DNA of 64,000 nt, from positions 1-64,000 of the IMG/VR virus record IMGVR_UViG_3300033066_001351; one strand, 5' to 3'. Of the stretch, positions 57,420-64,000 are shown piece by piece. This DNA is from a virus. Lineage: Duplodnaviria; Caudoviricetes. Positions within the stretch are counted from its first letter, which is position 1. The number at the start of each line of letters is the position of its first letter. A program made the translations under genes and the position numbers. The notes below the pieces were generated by a model that ran no database searches, was not told the DNA's origin, and was given only the letters and a program-made list of their open reading frames with translations.

Positions 57420-58607
57420 TCAGCCAAACCTGGCTGAAATATCACACGACACGGCGATAGGCAGGCCCGCGGTCCAAGAGGGTTGCGACAACATGGCCTT
57501 TTCAAAGGTAGGAAGCAGTTTCTCGGCTTGGGACTTGGGGACTTCTGCTGTCACGGAGTCGTGAACGTGAAGGACTACTGGAATACCGGCGTCCTCCATG
57601 TTGCAAAGGGCCGTAGCGAGCATGTCGGCGGCGATTGCTTGGATTACATTTTCGTAATTTAATCCCCGCCAGGTTGTTCTCCTGAATATAGCTCTACCCT
57701 TGATTGCAATGGTTGTCAAGTCTAATTGATTTTTTGGACGCCCGTCGCTCCAGTAACCTTGCTCTAGCCGCGGTGCCCAGTAGCGTAGCAGCCTTCCGGA
57801 AGGAAGTCGGCAACACAGGACGTTTCCATCCAAACACCACGACACAAGATTTAACGGCTCCACGTAAAAAGTAGACCCTGGATAGGCCACGGCGTCGATA
57901 GCCGCTTGCATATTGTAATCCCAACATGCTACAAGGTATGTGTTGTCCTCGCGATAACTTTTCACTACGACTGCCGCATCTTCAAGAGATATGCGCAAAC
58001 CGTAGTTCATCGCAGCCGGAACAAAAGCATTCACGCCCCCAGCGAACGACAAAAAAAGCGTTTGGACCTTTCCGATCTGGCGCTGAGTTTTTGTAAGTTC
58101 TTCCGGTAGTTTTCCATAGTATTTAGCCGCCTGAACGCGGTAAATATCTTCGTTTCTTTTGAACACTTCTATCTTATCTGTTTGGTTTGCTAACCAGACA
58201 CTTGCGCGAGATTCGACGGAACTGTAATCTCCATTAAGTAATACTGATCCTTCCGGCGCCGTTAGTGTACGGCGCAGCATGCGGCCCGTGAAGGGAAGCA
58301 CTCCCTCCACGATTACGCGATCTTGTGCGTCTCGCCGTGTCATGGTGAAAAGCATTTCAGCCATATCACGGTCGCCGGAACGACCAACCTGTATAGCCGT
58401 ATTCAAGGCCAAGTCCTCGGCGGCCTTGAACCGTTCGGGTTCCTTCTTCGGACTGATGCCGGTAAGCAGTTCAACCTCGTCGGGGTTGGCGACGGCATCT
58501 CTCACAAAATTGTGAGGCTGCCACGCGGCGCCGGAATTGCTCACAATTTTGCCGTTTGCCATAAACCGATTGCGCGGCCCGGCATTCAGTATGTCATACG
58601 TTCTCAC
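57420..58607 (-). CDS. polA: DNA polymerase family A, C-terminal fragment (C-intein plus motifs A/B/C); start codon uncertain
   Basis: VRTYDILNAGPRNRFMANGKIVSN|SGAAWQPHNF; GDYSSVESR, RQIGK, ENVIQAIAAD, LHVHDS. Confidence 0.88.
   Translation of the reverse strand: MRTYDILNAGPRNRFMANGKIVSNSGAAWQPHNFVRDAVANPDEVELLTGISPKKEPERFKAAEDLALNTAIQVGRSGDRDMAEMLFTMTRRDAQDRVIVEGVLPFTGRMLRRTLTAPEGSVLLNGDYSSVESRASVWLANQTDKIEVFKRNEDIYRVQAAKYYGKLPEELTKTQRQIGKVQTLFLSFAGGVNAFVPAAMNYGLRISLEDAAVVVKSYREDNTYLVACWDYNMQAAIDAVAYPGSTFYVEPLNLVSWCLDGNVLCCRLPSGRLLRYWAPRLEQGYWSDGRPKNQLDLTTIAIKGRAIFRRTTWRGLNYENVIQAIAADMLATALCNMEDAGIPVVLHVHDSVTAEVPKSQAEKLLPTFEKAMLSQPSWTAGLPIAVSCDISARFG
58536..58607 (-). mobile_element. Split intein C-half (about 24 aa)
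   Basis: Block F TYDI, block G IVSN followed by Ser+1. Confidence 0.85.
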
Positions 58608-59484
58608 CGTCTTTAACGTTGGAATACTTTTTCCGGAGCCAGTCGCCTTTGGCGGCGCGGCGCTCAGGTGTCCAGTAGTTTTTGCGTCCTTCGGCAATGT
58701 TAGCGCTCCATTTTTCTTTATCAACGTTTTCTCGGGCTTTTTTGAGTTGTTCTGCAGCACGTTGTTTTTGCTCCTCTGTCCTATTAGCAAATTTTAACTT
58801 CAACGCTTTAGATATGTTTTCTTTTACTATTCTTTTTTCTTCTTCTGTACGGTTTTTCCACTGGTTTAGTGCTTTTTCTTTATGTAAAATAGTTGTTTTT
58901 TCTTTATCCGTTCTTTTGATGGCTTTTTCGTTTTTCTCTCTGTTAGCGATTATTTTAGCGGCTCTTTCAGGCTGGGCCATCAAATTGGCTAGGCGTGTTT
59001 GAGACGATTTCAGCGCCTGCGCCTTTACCTTTTCCGGGTTCTCTTGACGCCATTTTTCCGCGGCGGCCAACAATACGTCTATACGTAACATGTGACGACC
59101 GTTTTTGCACGCCAGACTGAGTTTAGCCTTAAACTCATCCAAGGCTACAGGATCTTGTTTTATTTTCGTCCAAAAATGTAATCCCGGACTATCTTTTTTA
59201 TTATCCCCTGATAGTATGTTATATCCTTTCTCTGGATTATTGGAACCATGCTCCACTATATACAGGTGTTCTCTAAGATGTGCTTCTTCTTTTGATAGTC
59301 CTTCTTCTAGGATTTCTATAGAAAACGCTTGCCGCCCGTGCTCTGCTATCGCCTTAGACAAAGGCCGCTCCAACGAACGCGTATGTGCTCCCCATCGTTC
59401 ATTCATTTTCATACTCGTCATGCCGACGTATATTTTTCCTTCGGGTCCGGTTATCCGGTATATTTTGTAACTTTTGGGGGACAT
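58594..59484 (-). CDS. GIY-YIG homing endonuclease between the split-intein halves
   Basis: KIYRIT...IYVGMT...ERW..H, AIAEHG, E..YI, GYN; K-rich tail; AT-rich; GAAGGT RBS. Confidence 0.9.
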   Translation of the reverse strand: MSPKSYKIYRITGPEGKIYVGMTSMKMNERWGAHTRSLERPLSKAIAEHGRQAFSIEILEEGLSKEEAHLREHLYIVEHGSNNPEKGYNILSGDNKKDSPGLHFWTKIKQDPVALDEFKAKLSLACKNGRHMLRIDVLLAAAEKWRQENPEKVKAQALKSSQTRLANLMAQPERAAKIIANREKNEKAIKRTDKEKTTILHKEKALNQWKNRTEEEKRIVKENISKALKLKFANRTEEQKQRAAEQLKKARENVDKEKWSANIAEGRKNYWTPERRAAKGDWLRKKYSNVKDGENV

Positions 59485-60791
59485 GTGGAACCTTCATAAA
59501 GGGGTAAAGATTTCTCAGCCGCTTCACTCAGCGGCATTTTTACAACCTCAGAAATATAGACTTTATGAGTTTGCGTTGCAACTACCCCGTCGTATTCCAT
59601 GACATCTTTTTCGCCGCTATATACAACTCCGTCGTGGCTGACCCACTCCACGCCATCCCACACCAGGTCATCCGCGGATACGTGTTCTATGCGCCGCTCT
59701 TCAACGACGCCTGTTGGCGTTTTAATAAGAATGAGAGACCCTTCCGCCAGACAAAAGCGAAATGTCTGCTGCGCTCCCCCCAACACAAGTGCCCCCCGTA
59801 GTCGTCCATCCGGATCGGCTGATTGGAGCATCTTCTTCAATTTCTTGACCGACGCCTTGGCAGCTTCCGCACGCCATTCCAACGCCTGGCGGCAATCATC
59901 GGGGATATCCGGTCGGGCTAGGATATCGGCGATGTCCGACTTCCGTAGCCGGTAGACGGCCTTTTTGCCGTCGTCCTCATCCTCGTCCTCTCCTTCTTCC
60001 TCATCCGCTGGCGAGGACCCCTTCAACGGCAATTCAACGCCGCGGGACATAAGCCACGTCTTCAACTGTTCGATAACCGACGTGGATCGAACGGCGCCGT
60101 TGGTAAGGGCTTTCATCGCGGCGTCCAGACGCGCCGTCTCTTCCTCGGCGATCTTGCGCAAGCCCTTGACGAGTTCAACGTCCATCAGGACGCCGCGATC
60201 ATTGATGCGGCGATCTATGTCCCGCATCCGATTCCACGGCGGCATCGTGAACCATGGTGGAAGACGCTTGAGCGTTTCTTCTTCCATCACAACATCTTGA
60301 ACGCAACGGTTACGCAACCATTTCAGATCGACGCCTCGGATTACCGGCGTCTGTTTCTTGTTGGTGATGCGGCGAAGTGTGTTGTTGTCCTTCAGGTCGC
60401 CGACATACGGCACACCGACGGCCTTGGCGCATCCATCCAGCGACCGCGGCAGGTTAGCAGCGGCAGCCAACTGCATGGAGTCTTGCCACTGGTGACGCTG
60501 GATAGGCGGGAAACCGTGGCGCTTTACGAGAATTTCGTCCCACGCGATAGCGTCAAATCCGAGGACATTCCAGCCCGACAGCGCGCCGCCGTTGATGACG
60601 TGTTCTACCAGGTCCTGCGGCGGCGCATCACCCATCACCCACACACTTGGATCGCTCGGGTTGCCGATCTCATGATAGGCAAACAGGATCACATCCGTGT
60701 CAGGATCCCGTAGGTACGCTTTGGACCCCACCGCTTTCAGATTGGCTATAGCGTGGGTCTCTACGTCAAGGGAGTAGACGGTTTCCGTCAT
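59451..60791 (-). CDS. polA: DNA polymerase family A (APSE-like), N-terminal fragment (3'-5' exonuclease plus N-intein)
   Basis: SLDVET, GWN..FD, LPRSL, QDV, INDRGV..D, DGRLRG...GAQQTFRF|C. Confidence 0.9.
   Translation of the reverse strand: MTETVYSLDVETHAIANLKAVGSKAYLRDPDTDVILFAYHEIGNPSDPSVWVMGDAPPQDLVEHVINGGALSGWNVLGFDAIAWDEILVKRHGFPPIQRHQWQDSMQLAAAANLPRSLDGCAKAVGVPYVGDLKDNNTLRRITNKKQTPVIRGVDLKWLRNRCVQDVVMEEETLKRLPPWFTMPPWNRMRDIDRRINDRGVLMDVELVKGLRKIAEEETARLDAAMKALTNGAVRSTSVIEQLKTWLMSRGVELPLKGSSPADEEEGEDEDEDDGKKAVYRLRKSDIADILARPDIPDDCRQALEWRAEAAKASVKKLKKMLQSADPDGRLRGALVLGGAQQTFRFCLAEGSLILIKTPTGVVEERRIEHVSADDLVWDGVEWVSHDGVVYSGEKDVMEYDGVVATQTHKVYISEVVKMPLSEAAEKSLPLYEGSTCPPKVTKYTG
59454..59753 (-). 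mobile_element. Split intein N-half (100 aa)
   Basis: CLAEGSLILI block A, DLVWDG.EWVSH.G, ATQTH block B, then stop. Confidence 0.88.
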
Positions 60792-61333
60792 AGCAAGCCC
60801 CTCCGCTTCATGGCGCCTTCGTATATTCTCAGCATGTCGGGTTCTACACGGGGTATTATAGCCGGCGGTACTTTTAACGGAGGTAAACGTATTGCGGTTA
60901 GGCCGCCTTCTGTTTCTCCGTCAGGTTCAAAACCTACTTTCATATAAGTCCAGCCCCACACAGGCTTTCCTTTTACCATCGTCGGCTTTACTTTTTCCCG
61001 ATTGACAAAAGTTATCATGCCTAGATCGGGAGGTTCGCCCATCATGTGTCGGGTGATGCCTACAGCTTCTGCTATCAATTCAGAAGCCTTTCCTACACCC
61101 TCATTGCGGAAGGCCGAACACACCCATGCACCGCCCCACCTATGTCGCACGTATTCAGCGAACGGCCACGACGTGACCCACAGCGCCTCGCAATCGTTTT
61201 CCTTTGCATATAGGACCATACAACGCCCCGGCGGCACAAAGCCCGGCGTTCCTATTTTTTGTCTGTTATAGTGGCGGTCCGCAACTAGGCGGCTACGAAC
61301 ATCTTGCCGATGTGAGAGGCGCCAAACCCCCAT
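60788..61333 (-). CDS. Mom-like/GNAT-fold putative DNA-modifying protein
   Basis: ADRHYNRQK, VPPGR, CSAFRNEG..ASELI, MITFV, G.TYMKVGF...G.T. Confidence 0.55.
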   Translation of the reverse strand: MGVWRLSHRQDVRSRLVADRHYNRQKIGTPGFVPPGRCMVLYAKENDCEALWVTSWPFAEYVRHRWGGAWVCSAFRNEGVGKASELIAEAVGITRHMMGEPPDLGMITFVNREKVKPTMVKGKPVWGWTYMKVGFEPDGETEGGLTAIRLPPLKVPPAIIPRVEPDMLRIYEGAMKRRGLL

Positions 61334-61401
61334 TTTATTGCTCTCCAAACAAAACGAGCGCCGCTTTCACGACGCTCGCATGTATCACGCTTTTTTCCGA
61401 C

Positions 61402-61623
61402 TTAGCGCGTTACGTGCTTTACGGCCCACATAACGGCTTCTTCCACCTTCGTCTTAGCCAACGACAACTCCCGGCTGCCGCCGACTGCATCGATCATTTC
61501 AATAAATTCAAGACCGACGTCTTTGATCGCCTTCATCTGCTGCTTCTCAGCGTCAGACAAAACACGATATTCGTGCCGCACTACGTTGTTCGCGACACGA
61601 TCGTCCGATGCACTGTCAACCAT
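61402..61623 (-). CDS. Acb2/Tad1-like helical hairpin protein
   Basis: YRVLSDAEKQQMKAIK...SRELSLAKTKVEEAVMWAVK. Confidence 0.65.
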   Translation of the reverse strand: MVDSASDDRVANNVVRHEYRVLSDAEKQQMKAIKDVGLEFIEMIDAVGGSRELSLAKTKVEEAVMWAVKHVTR

Positions 61624-61644
61624 AACTATGCGTCCTTTGTGCTA

Positions 61645-62490
61645 TCAACCAGCCGGCGGGAACGGATTGCCGCCCGCCGCAGGCGCAGCAAAAGCCGCGC
61701 CTGTAGCCGCACCAGTGCCACCCATCCAAGGGCTGCCACCAGCCGCGGCACCGCTCGGCGCCGCCGTGTCCGACTTCGGCAACGCACCGAAGGCGCTCTT
61801 GGCCGCCTTCATCGCGTCAAAGCCGCCCAACTTCTCGCCGTGGCGAGCGAACTGGACCGCGTTCAACAGGACGCCGATGCCGCGGTTCGGAATCTGCTGA
61901 CCAGGCTGTGGGAAAGCGAACAGCGTGATCTGCAGACGGCCATAACAGCCGCCGTAGAACAACTCCGGCTTCATCGGGCGGCCTTCCTCATCCAGAAGGA
62001 TCGGCTGCTGCGACTGCCCGGTCTTCTTGTTTGCGGCACCGATGTTTGCGTTCAACGTCATCAGGCCACGAAGATGACCGTTCTTCGCCGGGTCCCGCAT
62101 ATATGTGCTGTCGCCCTTCTGTAGCGGGTTGGACAGGCCGCCTTGGTCCTTGGGGACATACTGAAGGATTTGCGACCCCGTCATCTGAACCATCTCGTTC
62201 GGATTGGACGGGTTGGGCTTTGTCTCCGACGGCCACCGCGCGTCGGCAACCAAGCAGATGGCCTTCCACAGATCAGACACGAAATCCGGCGCCATGGCGA
62301 TGCCGCAAGAAAACTTCGGATCCGGTGAAAAAGAACTTGCGCGAGGCACCGCAAGTGTCGGATACATGAGGCGTCCGATCGGCGTCACCATACGGATGTT
62401 CTTAAACTCGGGGTCAAGAACAATGTCCTGCGGCGGGGGAGCACATGCAGCGCTGAAAAGATATTCGTCGCGGTTTGTCGTACCACTCAC
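61645..62490 (-). CDS. ssDNA-binding protein (Enc34/DUF2815-like)
   Basis: GRLMYP.L..P, PLQKGD, FYGGCYGR, GIGVLLNAVQF..GE.LGG. Confidence 0.85.
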   Translation of the reverse strand: MSGTTNRDEYLFSAACAPPPQDIVLDPEFKNIRMVTPIGRLMYPTLAVPRASSFSPDPKFSCGIAMAPDFVSDLWKAICLVADARWPSETKPNPSNPNEMVQMTGSQILQYVPKDQGGLSNPLQKGDSTYMRDPAKNGHLRGLMTLNANIGAANKKTGQSQQPILLDEEGRPMKPELFYGGCYGRLQITLFAFPQPGQQIPNRGIGVLLNAVQFARHGEKLGGFDAMKAAKSAFGALPKSDTAAPSGAAAGGSPWMGGTGAATGAAFAAPAAGGNPFPPAG

Positions 62491-62516
62491 TGTATTGATT
62501 CCTGTATGTTCGGTTG

Positions 62517-63830
62517 TCAGACTGTTTTCGGCAACGCGCCGAGAACGGGAGGAACGGCTTCCTTCTTGCCGTCGGCGCGCTTGATATATAGCGCACCTTC
62601 AGGGCGCTCCACAAGAGCGTCCATCTCTTTTCTGCGCGGTTTGTCAATCAGTTTTTCGATCTGCGCAGGCGAGTTCATCGTGTAAGGCTTATAAATGTCG
62701 ATGACCGACAGACCGAAGTCCTTGCGAAGCGTCACTTCGGCCGCCTTGGCGTCCTTCCACGCACGGTTGCCGGTCCGCTTGCCCATCTCCCAACCTGGCA
62801 CTTCCAGACCGGCGGACATCATATTGGCGGCGCGCTGTTCCACGGCCTCAATCCAGGCGTCATAAACATGACGCCGTTCGAGAACAATGGAGATCGCTTC
62901 CGGCCCCATGAGAACAACGTCGGGGAGTTGGGGCGTGTTCTTCAGGATAGGCGGCATCGGCGTCGTAGCGGCGACACTAGCGGCTATCATACTCATAGGC
63001 GCCGTGACGGAGGTTCCCGCCATCTGCAGGGCCGGGCACACCGATTTGGCGGGACACCACCGGCAATACTTGCCGGTAGGATCCACCTTCAACGGCGCGT
63101 CCGGTTCAAGCGCCGCTTCCATGGCGCCGACAAGTTGACCGACAAAGTCTCCCATCAACTCATTCGGATCAAACTCGGCGACCCGAATACGATCCTGTTC
63201 ATCCCGTGATCGGGGTTGAATGATCGTGGTTCGTACCTTGGACCAGCCACCCTCGATAGGGAAATTGATCAACCCCATCAGAGCGTAGTCTTTAAGCTGC
63301 GGCGCGTTCGCGGGAACCATAACACCTTGACCGTATTTCAGGTCCATGATGTCCAGTTCACGCGTTTGTGTATTCACCAGCGCCACGTCAGCGGTGCCAC
63401 GGTTCTGGCCCAGCAGTGGGTAGGACGCATCAAGCGGTTGGAGCGACAAGAAATACTCCAAGTGGACATTCGTCCACGGCGTGATGACGTCGTTGACGAT
63501 AGCCGCCGAGAAGTTGATCGCGTCTACCATTTCGGCGTCTACGTAAACTTCAATCGGTTTCCCCGACGCGTCCTTCTCCTCAAGGACAACACGCCGATCC
63601 GCCCATTCTTCCGGCTCGCGGACACCGGCAAGCGCCTCATTGAACACGAGATGCGCCGCCGTGCCTTGCAACGCGTAACTGGACGATTTGTTGTCACGCT
63701 TTACCGTGGAGCCGAGTTGGATAGACCCAGGACAATGTAGCCACCGGTCAGCGGCGGAAGGGCGAAACAGCGTTTCGCCCCCGTAAGCCACTACAAGCCG
63801 GTTGAAGGACTCAACCTGCTTGGGTGTCAT
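62517..63830 (-). CDS. DUF2800 Cas4-like PD-(D/E)XK exonuclease
   Basis: PSAADRWLHCPGS, GTAAH, GTAD, DLKYGQG, QL..YALM, IIQPR, CRWCPAK..CP. Confidence 0.9.
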   Translation of the reverse strand: MTPKQVESFNRLVVAYGGETLFRPSAADRWLHCPGSIQLGSTVKRDNKSSSYALQGTAAHLVFNEALAGVREPEEWADRRVVLEEKDASGKPIEVYVDAEMVDAINFSAAIVNDVITPWTNVHLEYFLSLQPLDASYPLLGQNRGTADVALVNTQTRELDIMDLKYGQGVMVPANAPQLKDYALMGLINFPIEGGWSKVRTTIIQPRSRDEQDRIRVAEFDPNELMGDFVGQLVGAMEAALEPDAPLKVDPTGKYCRWCPAKSVCPALQMAGTSVTAPMSMIAASVAATTPMPPILKNTPQLPDVVLMGPEAISIVLERRHVYDAWIEAVEQRAANMMSAGLEVPGWEMGKRTGNRAWKDAKAAEVTLRKDFGLSVIDIYKPYTMNSPAQIEKLIDKPRRKEMDALVERPEGALYIKRADGKKEAVPPVLGALPKTV

Positions 63831-64000
63831 TACAGCCCCACCTCCGCTGCCATTTCGGCTGCCAGGCGACCGCGAAGTTCCGCGGGCACCTGTTCCGCCG
63901 TCAACCACGGCGCCTTGGGCGACCCGTCCGACCACGCCGCGCGGCGAAGAACAGGGAAGGTAGCACCCGGCTTCTTCTCATTGGTGAGAGCCATGATAGC
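63830..64000 (-). CDS. C-terminal part of a hypothetical protein (partial)
   Basis: Open frame ...PWLTAEQVPAELRGRLAAEMAAEVGL*, TAATG-coupled to the exonuclease. Confidence 0.6.
   Translation of the reverse strand, partial: AIMALTNEKKPGATFPVLRRAAWSDGSPKAPWLTAEQVPAELRGRLAAEMAAEVGL

Noticed and set aside
58608-58790. TTG start at 58790 for PolA-C
   Set aside because: The extension is an alternate frame of the K-rich endonuclease tail with no intein similarity; GTG 58607 is preferred, though unproven.
58594-59484. Group I intron in polA
   Set aside because: The endonuclease ORF overlaps both flanking coding regions, leaving no room for a ribozyme core; intein blocks explain the split.
57420-60791. 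polA as a pseudogene
   Set aside because: Both fragments keep intact catalytic Asp motifs and complementary intein halves; the break falls inside the intein.
62517-63830. Cas4 of a CRISPR system
   Set aside because: This is the standard DUF2800 exonuclease of APSE-like replication modules; no array or other cas genes.
1-64000. Circular closure of the window ends
   Set aside because: The gene at the left end runs off in GAASATG repeats and the right end is a different-looking C-terminus; sequence is probably missing between them (no SF2 helicase or VRR-NUC gene seen).

Overview
The window is most of a GC-rich tailed dsDNA phage genome with podovirus-like architecture; an alphaproteobacterial host is my inference. 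From left to right it holds: a Cro-like HTH gene and a primase/VirE-type helicase; an AT-rich iteron region (probable origin); a minus-strand early region of small genes with repeated promoters, operators and leaders, including an ArdA-like protein; TerS, a serine resolvase, TerL, portal, GroES, major capsid protein (MCP), adaptors, tail fibres and four large ejection-type proteins; and a minus-strand APSE-like replication module (family A polymerase, Enc34-like SSB, Cas4-like exonuclease) with Mom-like and Acb2/Tad1-like genes. The genome carries five homing-endonuclease domains. The most notable observations are: (1) the DNA polymerase is fractured into two genes joined by a split intein, with an out-of-frame GIY-YIG gene between the halves; (2) TerL carries a class 3 intein starting with Gly; (3) a [FYM]-[AK]-x-G-G motif recurs in four virion proteins, often at domain boundaries; (4) an unannotated 47-aa ORF resembles the MCP N-terminus; (5) a TGTCA-N8-TGACA palindrome covers the -10 box of four early promoters. 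I saw no tRNA, rRNA, CRISPR array or reverse transcriptase. All family assignments come from motif recognition by eye; no database search was run.
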